Assembly (NCBI RefSeq): GCF_006345805.1
Contig: NC_043023.1
Span: 21,266,001 to 21,330,000, forward strand
DNA: 64,000 nucleotides
Source of the DNA: Octopus sinensis
Taxonomy: Eukaryota
Direction: 5' to 3'
Below are positions 12,818 to 26,660 of the stretch, piece by piece (position 1 is the first letter of the stretch; each line of letters opens with the position of its first letter). Both the position numbers and the translations under genes were made by a program. The notes under the pieces were generated by a model. That model was given only the letters and a program-made list of their open reading frames with translations, was not told where the DNA came from and ran no database searches.

Positions 12818-14341
12818 ATATGTGTGTGAATGTGTGTATTTGTGAGTCTTTGTGGGAGTGTGTGAGAGAGACAGACAGACAGACAGACAAGCTTTGCGTG
12901 TCACGTATCAATTCTCCCCTATCAACCCCATCCTCCATTACCATTCCGGGATCTAGTCTCCCCTTGTGACCCGAGTGATATTATGTAACAAACAATATTC
13001 CATCTCCTTTCACTCTCAAAGATGTCATCTCACCACGGTCGAGAGGTGACCCTTCTCAGTTGTTGGACATATAAACACAGCCATCACAATGAGACGGAGA
13101 AGTGGACTATTTAATAGAGGAGATATTATTCTCAATTAACAATGATGCAGGATAGAAGAGATGTCTGAGCTTTATAGTGCTGGTGCCATGGTAAATACAG
13201 CCAGTCCATTCTATGAAGTATTCTGAGTGAAACTGCTCTCTATCCTACTTCTTGCACACGACATGAATCCACTGACTTCTTGTGGACATGTCATAAGAAT
13301 GTTCAATGTTAGGACACTAGAGAATGAATACAATAAAGCATGGTCCTTAGTGAGATTTCATGTATTTAAGTTCTGTACTTAGGCACACACACACTCATGT
13401 ACACATACACACACAAGTAATGATTTTGAGTTTGAGTATATATCTTGTAAAATGCTGTTTAAAGCCCGTTCACTGTATTCGGCTATCTGATGTCAGCAAC
13501 AGTATGGACTTCAATTCTACTGGACTTTTTGCTGTCATCTCAAAAATGAAGCAGTTTTTTATAATTCTTATATTTTTCAAAATTAAGATAAACAAAGTAC
13601 TTTTTTCTGTTAATCTAAAACATGTTCTCCTTCATTTTCTACAATGCTCTTCCATCTATCTGGTAGACTTGCGAGTCGCCTCTTCCAAAATTCACTTGTC
13701 CGTGATTAAAAATACTCCTCCATTACTTTTCTGACTTGACACTAATTCCTGCTTCCTTTACTTCACCGTCATCATTCAAAGATGCTTCTTGCTTAATTAT
13801 GGAAACATTATTGATATGTTTGGTCATGTCTGTGTGGTATTGACTTTGTTATGTTATAGGTGTTTTTGTTTCTGATATAACTTATGTTCTATCTTCTCAT
13901 GTTGTGTTATATTTATATATACAATACTCTTTCTTATGGCCACACGGTCGCCTTTATCAAGCCAATTATATAGATAGGTTCTTGTTGGTTTGTTCTTCCT
14001 ATATTTGACTTTTCTATTGAATATATTGTGATATTTGTGATTGACAAGTAAATATTTACTCATTAATTATCAATGAGCTTGATGTTAATCAATACGGTTT
14101 GTCCTGCTCAATGTAATGACAATATATTTAGAGGGTGTCTCAGTGTTGAAAATAAAGTAAAAGCATAAAAATGGGAAATGGACTCAATTAAAGATTATGT
14201 AGGAACTCAATACTTTGTAATTGCTTTAATTAGTGGATAAACAACCTATGAGTAAATTTAGATGAACTTTTGTGTAATTAGGGGCATTTGTTATGAATCT
14301 TTGTGTAATATTGTCATCATTTTATATTTCATTATTTGTAG

Positions 14342-14517
14342 TGCTGCACTGCCACCAACCTAAAAAAGAAAAGAAGTCTCTCTGGTATAGTGGTTGCGAG
14401 ATATCTCGCCAGCCAGGGAGCTGACTTTCACCATAAAAACAACAAAAATAACAGACCATTGGACCTCATTAAGGACCCAAATTTGAGAAAAAACTTAGAA
14501 ACATTTTTACAACCACA
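14342..14517 (+). CDS. Terminal ankyrin exon of MIB-like gene (CCTATNLKKKRSLSGIVVARYLASQGADFHHKNNKNNRPLDLIKDPNLRKNLETFLQP)
   Basis: Not in the ORF track; AG at 14340-14341, GTAAGT at 14518; resembles the last ankyrin segment of Mind bomb proteins (A.FLA..GAD....N.K...PLDL..DPNL); phase 0/2. Confidence 0.85.
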
Positions 14518-15230
14518 GTAAGTATTTCCTGGCTATGGAACGGATAAACCAGTACATTTCCTATTTTGTATATAATCATATTTATATGTTTATTTCGTTT
14601 CAATTCTACGATATACATTATACTGTCGCTAGTGTCTTTGTCAAAGGCCACACAATAAACAATATGCAGTTGTTAGGAGATCAAAGAAAGAACACGATTT
14701 TGATTACATTCACATGATTCGTAGTGTTGACATTTATACTTCACTGTCCACCCCCACCTACTCCTCTTCGTTCCCTATTTTAAAGATTTGTGATCAATAG
14801 GAAAATATAGATCTAAATAATGAAGTGAATGAATTCCATTTTGAAACTGTTACTTAGAATTAAGTGGAATTTATCTGTCTACCAACAACTTTTTCTCACT
14901 CTTCTAAGTCCGAATCAGTCAATATTTCAAATGATTTCATAGAAAAATAACCTACAAACACACACCAACAGTGTATATATTATATTTCTGCAAATACTGA
15001 TGGAATATTGCCACATATCTTCATAGAAGAAAAAAAACTGCCTGGAAACGTAAATAATTCAAGTAACACATATACCATTACTAGGTGTTTTAGTCGCCTT
15101 TCACTCCCGTATTTTATAAGATTTGGCAATTTCTTTGCCATACATCTCTCTGTATTTGCTACTTAAGAAGCAGACACATTTCCCCCTTAGTGAATATACA
15201 AAGCTTTCTTTGTCTGTTGAAATTCAAATA

Positions 15231-15431
15231 TTACTTTTTACTTGTTTCAGTCATTTGACTGCGGCCATGCTGGAGCACTGCCTTTAGTCGAAAAAAACGG
15301 CCCCAGAACTTATTATTTGTAAGCCTAGTACTTATTTGCCGAAACGCTAGATTACGGGAATATAAACACACCAACATCGGTTGTGAAGCGATGGTGGAGG
15401 GACAAACACAGACAGACAAATACACACACAA

Positions 15432-15469
<38 letters not shown>

Positions 15470-15625
15470 GTGCGACGGGCTTCTTTCAGTTTCCCTCTAC
15501 CAAATCCACTCAAAAAGCTTTGGTCAGTCCGAAGCTACACGTGCCCAAAATGCCACTCAGTGGGACTGAACCCAGAACCATGTGGTTGGTAAGCAAGCTA
15601 CTTACCACACAACTACTCCTGCGCC
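15231..15625 (-). mobile_element. tRNA-derived SINE, family A
   Basis: Reverse-complement homology to 798-1195. Confidence 0.8.
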
Positions 15626-15879
15626 TATTGTTCATAGATATTGATTTTTGGATTGTATAAATATTGATCTGTTTTCTTCAATTGACAAGCTTCAGAAGAT
15701 TTTATTTGCTTTTACAAATAATCGTTTATATGAATGTTGTTATTATAATAATAATAATAATAATAAGAAGAAGAAGAAGAAGAAGTCTACAGAGCGCAGC
15801 TGATATTATTGGAAAGGGGCAAAATAAGGGACAGAAAACTAGAACTACATGCACGATACATATAATAAAGCCTCCCAAA

Positions 15880-16200
15880 ATCATGGTGGAAAATATCTCA
15901 TCAGCATTGCCCAAATGATGTTTGCATCAGCTTTAAGATATACCCAAGGCCTGGGCCCTGTATTATCTGCCCACAGCATAAATCAAACTCGCATCACTTA
16001 ACAACAATACGGCAAAATTATTTCCCCTCAAGTGGACCCACTCCATTTAGCATTACACCAAAATACATTAAAGCAGAAAAAGACCCCCATAAAGTTCAAG
16101 AAGTATTTTGAAATATCCTTCAAGAAATCCCGGATAAAACACCAACACCAGGATATGTCCCCGTAAACAGCAACTCTCTCCTCGAGTGGGTTATGTTGTC
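15880..16200 (+). mobile_element. CR1/L2-like LINE 3' fragment
   Basis: HQHCPNDVCISFKIYPRPGP and ITPKYIKAEKDPHK...PTPGYVPVNSNSLLEW match the element at 63130-64000. Confidence 0.75.
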
Positions 16201-16280
16201 CGCATCCTGATTCGCCCGGTAGTGGGATTACGTTAAACATGACCTGCGCTAATACTGGCCGAAACCTATCATGCATACAC

Positions 16281-16336
<56 letters not shown>

Positions 16337-16339
16337 CAA

Positions 16340-16630
16340 GTGATCACGTGACCGACCAGTCCATCAGATGTAGTTACACATCACTGGTCACAATGCATTC
16401 ACATTGTTTTAGCCTTCGAATGACGCCACCCCGCTGGCTAAGCGAGCAGGCCAACAGAAGAAAGAGTGGTGAAAGAGTACAGCAGGGATCACCACCCCCT
16501 GCTGGAGCCTCGTGGAGCTTTTAGATGTTTTCGCTCAATAAACACTCACAATGCCCAGTCTGGGAATCAAAACCGCGATCCTACAACCGCGAGTCTGCTG
16601 CCCTAACCACTGGGCCATTGCGCCTCCGCA
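16340..16630 (-). mobile_element. tRNA-derived SINE, family C
   Basis: Minus strand head ggaggcgcaatggcccagtggttagggcagcagactcgcgg...; other copies at 52200-52580 (-) and partial at 36993-37050 (+). Confidence 0.75.
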
Positions 16631-17358
16631 TATATATATATATATGATAGATATATCATCCTCATCATCATCATCGTTTAACATCCGTTTTCCGTGCTAG
16701 CACGGGTTGGACAAAAATATATATAAGTAATATTCGTAGGCACGCCAACATGAATATCTGTTCGAATGGACTCTACTGTGAATGTTTAACCCCAAGAGAA
16801 CACCTCCTCTAGCTAATTAACGATGCAAAGGTGCATCCGATTAATTGCGAGCAGGGGATCAAACCCCTACCATCTTATAGCAACAGGACCAGCAGACCAG
16901 GTCTGGTTTCGGGCTATTCCTGCCACTCTACAGTACTGGAACCTTCTTCTGCTAATCTGTGGTGACGAAATGTATATAATAAAGTATGTGTATATAAAGA
17001 AACCTGTGTAGATATATTTGTTCAGAAGAAATGAGTTCGATGTTAGAAGTGAAATATATTTCTGGAATATATGTAGTTCACTGTGTGTCAACCAATTTCT
17101 ATGATGTATCAGGGTCAAGACAAACATTTATCAATGTATGTATGCATGTGTGTGTATGTATGTATGTGTGTGTGTGTGTGAGCATGCCATTTAACTACAC
17201 AAATATCTGTATGTATGTAATTGTTTAAAGAAGAATTTCTGCTCTACTCTTGGTAGTTACTGATGTATCTTATAATATTCTCTATTCCGAACATGTAAAT
17301 AATGTAATATTTGTTATAAATGAATGTTATTGATTGGATGTTTCTGTTTTGTCCACAG

Positions 17359-17501
17359 ATGTTTGCTGTGCAGAAATAAAGCGGCCACAACAAAAGTTCA
17401 TCCCTGTGAACACCTTCTGACATGTGAAGAATGTTCAAACATTCCACTTCAACAATGTCTGAAGTGTTTAAAACCTGTAATAACAGGCAGAGGTCGAGTT
17501 G
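17359..17501 (+). CDS. RING-HC (C3HC4, MIB/IAP type) exon (CLLCRNKAATTKVHPCEHLLTCEECSNIPLQQCLKCLKPVITGRGRV)
   Basis: C-x2-C-x11-C-x-H-x3-C-x2-C-x7-C-x2-C; AG at 17357-17358, GTAAG at 17502; phase 2/1 joins the previous exon. Confidence 0.9.
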
Positions 17502-19415
17502 GTAAGAATATTCTTTGCTGATCTGTCTGTTTGTCCTCATTGTCCCACTGCCCTTATTGTGTAGAATAATATACTTCATGTTGTTATGTAGGCAGAGGTC
17601 TGCCATAATCTGGCAGATTTATGATAAAAGGTGTTCCTAGTGTCTGTTCTCTGTAATAGTATATCTCTCACACTACATACACTAAACATTGACCTTATCC
17701 AAGTAGGAAACATGTCACACTTCAAGAGGGTTGTAGTCTGCAACATAAAGATAATGGAGGATTCTGCAAGATAATTAGTGAGTAACTGAAGTATCAATAA
17801 ATCTCCATCAACACTATAATTAATTATGAGTTGTTAGAAGATAAGTAAATACAACAGTACTTACAAGGACATCAGTGTCATCTTTGGTAAAGTATTAAAT
17901 TCAGTAGAATATTTTAAAGGAGTAAAATTAGATGTCACTAGTTTGAGAGACTTTAACACACAATTCCATGTTGTTATGTTTGTAATTGGAGGATATTAAG
18001 GCTAATAGAGACAGTTTTGTTTGTCAAGCAACCAGATCATGAAACCTTCAAATATATCCTGAATGAGATGACATTCTGGTGAACTGTGAAGTTAAAATTA
18101 GGAATTATCAGCAACAATGTTTAACAAAGAGATTAGGTGTATGTTTCTCCTTCTTGAAGTGGTTGTGACATGTGTTTGTTGTTATATCTTTGATAAATAA
18201 ATTTGTTGACACTGGAATTAAACAGGTTGTTAGTGAAGATCAGGGTTTTGAAAATGCAATAGATTTGGCATAGATATAAGCAAGGAAACCAAAACCTACA
18301 GATAAACTGTTATTAAGTGATAATTAAGTGATATAATTACAGCATTGTTAGATTATGTAGGATATCTTAACAGAGAGAGGAAATTTACAAAGATCAACTA
18401 GAGTTCGTTTCGGAGCTAAATATTGGCTATAACATGGGTCCACTGTTGAAAGTATAAAAATATTGACCAAAAGCATTATGATCGCTTGTTGGCCATTGAT
18501 GATATGAATGTCTCTCAATAATAAAATATAGATTATTAATAAATATAAAGGGATTGTGCTATAAATAAATATAAAACTTGGAAACACATATTTCAGAGAG
18601 TCCAAAGTTTGAAGAGAAGGGAGTGCAGACTGTGGCAGAGACAGTTGATGAGTTTAAAATTAGAGAACTTAATTAATTTCTATAGATTTTATATTCACCT
18701 CAGCTATTTTGCTTATTAGAATGGTGGAGAACAAATCCCATTTCTAATTTCCATTTGAAAGGTTAGCTCTAAAGTAATTGTATTAAAAATATTACCGAAA
18801 TTTCATAAAGTCGGGGTTAACATGTTTGGTAAAATGGATAAATTAAAAGCCACAATAGAGTTAATATTGTCTTCTGGAAGAGGGAACTATAATTTATTAT
18901 TATTTTTAGGTGTAAACTCGTGAGTTAAGATAGTTGTTTGTTTTTCTACTAAGATCTTTCGTAAGTTTTCTGATAGGTTATTCTTGATGTTGTTATGTAG
19001 CCAGATGTCTGTCGTAATATGTTGTATTTTCTGGGGCTGTGTACCCTGAATGTCTGTGGTAAGAATACATTTTGTTGTTGCAAATTAGAAAATTCTAATT
19101 AAATATTAACTCTGTATAAGAATATTCATCATGAACTTAATTTTATTAAATGTTAAATTTGGTATTGAACCGTGAACATCTGTTTGCATTTAAACAAATT
19201 ATTGGTGTTTATACAAAATATACAAACGGAAATTGAATATAACTTGAATGCACAAATCCTTGTTTGTAACTATATATAATATACACTTATTACATTGTTT
19301 GAACAACATTTACCATCCATATAGTCATTCTTTTTCTCACTCTTGTTAGATTTTAGATGATATTAATGCTAAAAGAGGCACAGTTTTCTGAGTGTTTCAC
19401 CCTTTGGTCTTGATT

Positions 19416-20083
19416 GTTGCGTTCAAATTATTTAATGAAAGATAGTCATTGTTATTTGACCAGGAAATGAATTAATCATTAGTATTTGGCAGTGGACTTG
19501 GTTATATCTTTCTTCGTTTGCTCATGGAACTACCATAATATTAGCTGTGCTGAGACACAGTCATATTCATAGTAATGAAGGCTATATGTTCTTTACTCAG
19601 ATTATATACAATCTATATTGCTATCTAGTATTGCACCGTCAAGCACAGTGCCATTGTATCACATATATACCCAATTATCATGATAATTAATAAGCTATAA
19701 TTCATTAACTCTCTTACATTTGTATGTATGAAATGTAAACTTATTTTGTCATAGGGACATCGTGTACCATCACATTACATTTTATATCTTGTTAGGGATC
19801 TTGTTGGGGAAGGGTGTATGGAATTTGGCTTGTGGAGATGTTTTGTAGGGGACAGATTGTGTGCGGGGTGGAGGGTATGCACATAAAGGACATGTCTTTA
19901 TGGGCTCAGTTTTACTTAATTAGAGAGGAATGTTGATTAGTGAATTCTAGAGATGAGAGGACAGTGCCATGCCATAGATTTGGCAGAGTTATAAGAAAAG
20001 AAAGACAATGCTAAGAGAAAACTCTTATCAAGTGTTAATTAAATGAGATAATTGGTACATTGTTAGAATATTTAATGTCTTCT

Positions 20084-20120
<37 letters not shown>

Positions 20121-22740
20121 GGTGGATTTAGAAATGTTAGTCTGTTTTATTGTGGACATATTGGGCTATTACATGGGACCACTGTAGAAAGTACAGAAAT
20201 ATTGACCAAAACCATAATGGTCAACATTTGACCAGTAACGACAGGAATTGAATGTCTCACAATAACAAGGTAGTGCTTAATAAAAATAAAGATAAAGAAA
20301 GTTTATTTTTAAATGTAAAACTTGGAAATATTTATTTCAGAGGCTCCAAAGTTTGAGGACAGGCGTGTAAAAACAGAGGCTACATGTCAGGAATTAGGGG
20401 CTGCATCTCAGGTAATAGGTGAGTATAAAATAATAGTTCCCAATTGATTTCTGTAAGGTTTTCTTCCCTCGAGTATATTGTGCTTGAAAGAATAACTGAA
20501 AACAGCTTCCATTCCTATTTTCCAATTGAACGATTATCCGTATAATAATTGAATTAAAGATATCGATTTACTGATAGTTTATGAAATACTCATTGAGGTT
20601 AATGCTGTTGGTAATAATGTTCAAATTAGAAGACACGAATAGAGTTAATATTGTCATTTGGTGACGGAACGCATCTTCATCATCATCATCATCACCATTG
20701 TTTAACGTCCGTTGTTATAGTAGCATGGGTCGGACGATTTAAATGGCAAGGCAGTAGGCTGCGCCAGGCTCCAATGTGATCTGGCAAGGTTTCCACATAT
20801 GTATGCCATTCCTAACGCCAACCACCCCGAGAGTGTGGTGGGTGCTTTTTACATGCCACCGACACAGGAGCCAGTTGAAGTGGGGGCTGGCATTGACCAT
20901 ATTCAGATGGTACTTTTTACGTGCCAACGGCACAGGGAACCAGTCAGGCGGCACTGGCCACAAACAACGTTTGATTGTTACTTATTACGTGCCACCGGCA
21001 CGGGTGCCAGTCAGGCGGCACTGGCATCGGCCATAATTACAATTTGCATTTTGATTTCGATCTTCATTTGATTTTGATTTGTGATTTCTGGTTTTTGGTT
21101 TTACTTGATTCAGAAATTCTTCTTAAGCGCAACTTATCACTCTGTGATTCAAGGGTACTTCTAAAAGGGTCTGGTTATGCGACACTGGTATCGGCTATAG
21201 CTGTGATCTCACTTCACTTGCCGGGTCTTCTCAATCACATCATATTTCCAGAGGTTTCTGTCTCTTGCCATTGCCTCTGCGAGGCCCAACGTTCGAAGGT
21301 CGTTTCACCACGTCATGCCCTGTCTTCCTGGGTCACCCCTTTCCACAGGTTCCTTCCACTGTTAGGGTGTAACACTTCTTCCCACAGCTCTCCTCATCCA
21401 TACACATGACCATACCAGTGCAGTTGTCTCTCTTGTACACCACATCTGATGCTTCTTATGTCTAACACTTCTCTCAGGCCTCTTCACTCTGCCTTGTGTG
21501 CACACTGACATCGTTGCGTTCAAATTATTTAATATAATATAGTCATTGTTATTTGACCAGGAAATGAATTAATCATTAGTATTTGGCAGTGGACTTGGTT
21601 ATATCTTTCTTCGTTTGCTCATGGAACTACCATAATATTAGCTGTGCTGAGACACAATCATATTGATTGTAATGAAGGCTATATGTTCTTTACTCAGATT
21701 ATATACAATCTATATTGATATCTAGTATTGCACCGTCAAGCACAGTGCCATTGTATCACATATATACCCAATTATCATGATAATTAATAAGCTATAATTC
21801 ATTAACTCTCTTACAGTTGTATGTCTGAAATGTAAACTTATTTTGTCATAGGAACATCATGTACCCTCACCTTACATTTTATATTTTGTTAGGGATCATG
21901 TTGGGGAAGGATGTGTGCAATTTGACTTGTGGAGATGTTTTTAGGGGACAGATTGTGTGCGGAGTGGAGGGTATGCACATAAAGGACATGTCTTTATGGG
22001 CTCAGTTTTACTTAATTAGAGAGTTGATTAGTGAACTCTAGAGATGAGAGGACTGTGCCATGCCATGGATTTGGTAGTTATAAGAAAAGAAAGACAAAGC
22101 TAAGAGAAAACTGTTATCAAGTGTTAATTAAATGAGATAATTGCAACATTGTTAGAATATTTAATGTGTTTTTAGAGAGAGAGAGAGAGAGGAGGGGAGG
22201 GTGGATTCAGGAATGCTAGTCTGTTTTATTGTGGACATATTGGGCTATTACATGGGACCACTGTAGAAAGTACAGAAATATTGACCAAAACCATAATGGT
22301 CAACATTTGACCAGTAACGACAGAAATTGAATGTCTCACAATAACAAGATAGAGTTTAATAAAAATAAAGATAAAGAAAGTTTATTTTTAAATGTAAAAC
22401 TTGGAAATATTTATTTCAGAGGCTCCAAAGTTTGAGGACAGGCGTGTAAAAACAGAGGCTACATGTCAGGAATTAGGGGCTGCATCTCAGGTAATAGGTG
22501 AGTATAAAATAATAGTTCCCAATTGATTTCTGTAAGGTTTTCTTCCCCGAGTATATTGTGCTTGAAAGAATAACTGAAAACAGCTTCCATTCCTATTTTC
22601 TAATTGAACGATTATCTGTATAATAATTGAATTAAAGATATCGATTTACTGTGAGTTTATGAAATACCCATTGAGGTTAGCACTGTTGGTAATAATGTTC
22701 AAATTAGAAGACACAATAGAGTAAATTTTGTCATTTGGTC
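19416..22740. repeat. ~1.25-kb direct duplication (19416-~20663 and 21513-~22740) flanking an RTE fragment
   Basis: Both copies start gttgcgttcaaattatttaat and run nearly colinear to ttgtcatttggt. Confidence 0.9.
20676..21511 (-). mobile_element. 5'-truncated RTE LINE 3' end
   Basis: (cat)n tail at left; right part is the reverse complement of the RTE ORF end (tcatccatacacatgaccataccag, cacactgaca; compare 4560-4850). Confidence 0.85.
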
Positions 22741-25699
22741 ACAAGTATAATCAAGTATAATCTTGGAAATATTTATTTCAGCAAGGCCAATATTTGAAGA
22801 CAAAGAGGTCCAGACAGTAGAAGAGCCACGTGCTGAGTATAGAATGACATTACATAATTGATTTCTATAAAGTTTAGCTTTTACTGAGCTATTTTGGTCA
22901 ATAGAATGACCGAGAACAGATACCACTGCTACATTTTATTTGAATGCTTAGCTATAAAGAAATTCTGTTCTTCTACAACAACATGAATATCCAATAAATG
23001 TACTTTATGCAAACATCTGTTACTCATTCACTCGCAGAAAGAAAGATACAAACATTAAATATAAACCCTGAAACGGTTCTCTCCCGTTAAGGAGAATATT
23101 CGCCCTGTTTGTCATCTCATTGTACTCATTCATTCTCTCTCTCTCACTCATGCTCTTTCTCTCCGTCTTTTCAAGAAAGATGCTGGTTAAAAGTTTCAAT
23201 ACAATAAATGATATCATCTTCATCTTTTCTCATCTGCTCTCCATGCTCCCATACACTAGGTGGGTCATCACTGTCCAAGTCAGTTGTATCTGAAATTACT
23301 GCCAACCGTCATTTGTTGAGGAAAACATCTCACTTAAACATTGCAGCTTTTCTAAGGTGGTAGACCCTTTCTAACCCCAACCACTTTATAAAGGGTCCTG
23401 GGTATATTTTATTGTTGCACAAGCATTAGAAATGATCATCAATTCCCCAACAATATCAAACGTTCCTTTCAAACTTGTGGTGTCATCTTTCCTAGTTTCC
23501 ACCAACCACTTCCTAGTGTGTTCTGGGAGCATTTAATTATAGCACAAGTAGTAATCAAGTTGTGTTACATTCTATATAATTAGACGGTCCTCACTATTCT
23601 ATGATGTTTTGGTTCACTGAAGCTGATGACATTTTCAGGAGGTGAGAAGGGAATGTGATGACAAAAGTATCAGGATGCGGGGAGAGAAATTTGCAATACC
23701 CCCTCTCCTGGCTGTGGGGTCTTTGTCTTACATGTCTTTTGGCTAAATATGCCAGTACTTGTGCTTTATAAAAAGGGGCCACGTACACTTTGTGAGGTGG
23801 TTGGCATCAGTAAGAGCATCCTACAGTAGAAAACCATGCAAAAGAAACCATCTGGGGCCTGGTGCAGTTGTCTGGCTTGTCAGATCCTGTCAAGATTTCC
23901 AACCCATTCCAGCTTGGAAAACAAATTTTGAATATTGATGATGAGGATGATGATGCTGTCTTCCAGTAACTCATCATAATTCTTTGTCTTAGATTGTTAC
24001 AGTAGTTTCCTGTCTGGTATAACATATTAGCTCAGTATAATAATATTGATTGTGAAAACCGGTTCAGTGATTTTGATAACATTCATATTGAACAGAGAAC
24101 ATATGTTCACATTTGAACAAAACATTGATGCTAGCATATGCAATACATGGAAAGGAATGAACGTATGAGATTCCAGTGTGACTTGAACTTACAACACTTT
24201 TCTAACTATATATATATAATTATCGCTTGTTACGATGTTTGTATAACGTTTACTGTCCATATATAGACATCGTTATACTGAAAATTGTTGGCTTTGAGAT
24301 GGTTTCAATTGTAAGAGAGTCACTGTTTTCAGTCTTCCACATTTTGGTTTTACTTCCGACTTGATTGTTCTGTTGAAATTAGATCATGGAACCTGGTCAT
24401 TGTTATTTGACCAAGAAAAGAATTCATCATTAGTATTCAGTACTGGAAATGGTTACATTTTTCTATGGTTTCTCATGGAACTACCATAATATCAACTGTG
24501 CTGAGACACAACCATATTAATTGTAACAAATGTCACATGTTCTTCACACAGATTTTATACAATCTATATTGATAGTTAGTGTTTATACGCTGCATTAACA
24601 TGATAATTAATCAGCTATCATCCATTAACTCTCTTAAACTTGTCTGTCTGAAAGTTTCATAGCATTATCTTGTACCCTCATCTAATATTTTACACCTTAT
24701 TACCCTCAAAGTAAACATAACTTTTACATGGGTACACAACCACATCCCTACGAACTAGTTTTACAGCTGTATGCCCTTCCCACAATAATAAAGTGTTGAT
24801 TATCAATAACTATAATGAAATTATACTATAAAACGTAAAGCTTGAAAATATTCATTTCAAAGACTCCAACTTCTGTGAAGGATGCCTTAACAACATCACA
24901 GCCAGTTAGTGAGTAGCAAATAACAGTACCTCATGGATTTCTATAAATTTAACCTTCACCTGAGTATTTGTAGTTTATCAGAATGACTGAGGACAAGATC
25001 CATTCCTAATTTACATCTGAAATATTAGCTGTATAATAATTCTATTAGACATTTTGATATCAATGGAATTTCACAAAATATCCAACGGGGTTGGCATGGT
25101 TCGGAAAATGGATAATTTAGAAGACAATAGAATTAATACTGTATCTTAAAACGGAAGACTAAAATATGTAGTTACTAAGTTTACTGATAGGTTATTGCTG
25201 TTGTTGCTATTTAGGCAAATATCTCTCATAATGTGACAGATTTACAATGAAATGTGTTCCTTGTGTGAACACCCTGCCTTTTTTTTTTGACTGATAATAA
25301 ATTTATCATTACATCCCCTAAACATTGTCTTTATCCATGTAAAAGTATTAGGTTTGATGTTGAGACAACCGTCCTCTCTCTCTCTCTCTCCAAGATAGAC
25401 ACTGATGACCCTCATCATTTATCATCTGATGTCTATGCTCCTATCGATTGGATGGATGATTCCTATCCATGTCAGTTCTTATTAACAAATACTGTCCGCC
25501 TCGATTGGATGAGGAACACATTCCGGCTTTTCTATGGTGATGTGCCTTTCCTAACATCAACCACTTTAAAAAGGGCCTTGGGCACAATTTTGCTCCAAAA
25601 GCACTAGAAAAATTGTCGTCAACAAAATTAACGCTCCTCTTTAACTTCTACACGGAAATTCTGTTTGCAGATACTGAAAACAGAAAGCTAACATACAAT

Positions 25700-26660
25700 A
25701 AAGATGAACTGGATGGATATATGCTGGAGATCCAAAGCAAAAGCAGTGATTCCCATTCATAGACAGTTTGAAATGTCCATTGAAACCAGCAATCAAATAC
25801 CGATTGATTAGTTCAGACTAATTTCAACCTTGAATATAAATGGCGAGATTTACAAGGTTGTACTCACAAAGAGATCAACTGTAAATCTACAGAATAATGA
25901 ATATGGGACTAAAAGTATCTTGAAGACTGGAATCCTCTGGCATTCCAGGCTGTGTGGAACATGTGTCTTAAATCTTGGATGTGATACAAGACGGAAAGAA
26001 GAATAAAAGGGATTGAATGTTGTGTGATTTGATCTGGTTTATGGTTCTCTAGCAAACAAATTGTTGATGGAAGCAGTGGACCTGTTTTATATATGAGAAA
26101 AGATTAAGGATCTGATGAGGAGCTGCTATAACAATTTCAATATGCAGTTCATGAGGAAAACTTTCTCGATAGACTGGTATCATTTTGAAACGGGAATTGC
26201 TGTAGTTTCTACAAAATCAGTCATTTGGTTTGTGATTGTTATGGAGATGTTACTTAAATCAGCAGATTGATAAGAAATGGCTCAAAGGAAAACACTCGAG
26301 AAGACATTAATGGATTACATAACAATAGTAACAACAAATAAAAGGATATGCAAATAGTTCTGGATTAACTGGGTAGACTGAGGAACTTGGTGAAGAATGT
26401 GCTTCAATGCAAATGGGTAATGAAGCCCGTCATTTGTGAAAGGTCAGCAGAAACAAGTGAAGGTCAAAATAGCAGGAGAAACCCTGATGAAGTTTAAAGG
26501 GAAACTTGAAAAACTATTACGACGATGGTAAACTACCTAATTTTGCAATAATAGTAAAGGCATTGAGATCATGTCACAGAACGAAGATGGGTTAAAAGAA
26601 ATAAATATGCCAAACATTCTGGAAAATAAAAGATTTGGAGCTCGCACTTTGTATTCCCGT
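25700..26660 (+). mobile_element. Highly degraded RLE-type LINE reverse transcriptase remnant
   Basis: Fragments FRLISTLNING, GIPGCVEH, a DL..YGS-like motif and EDGLKEI..KIW; many stops. Confidence 0.6.

Noticed and set aside
16560-16630. tRNA-like sequence (also 798-870 and 59760-59850)
   Set aside because: tRNA-derived SINE heads continuing into SINE bodies; no convincing complete cloverleaf
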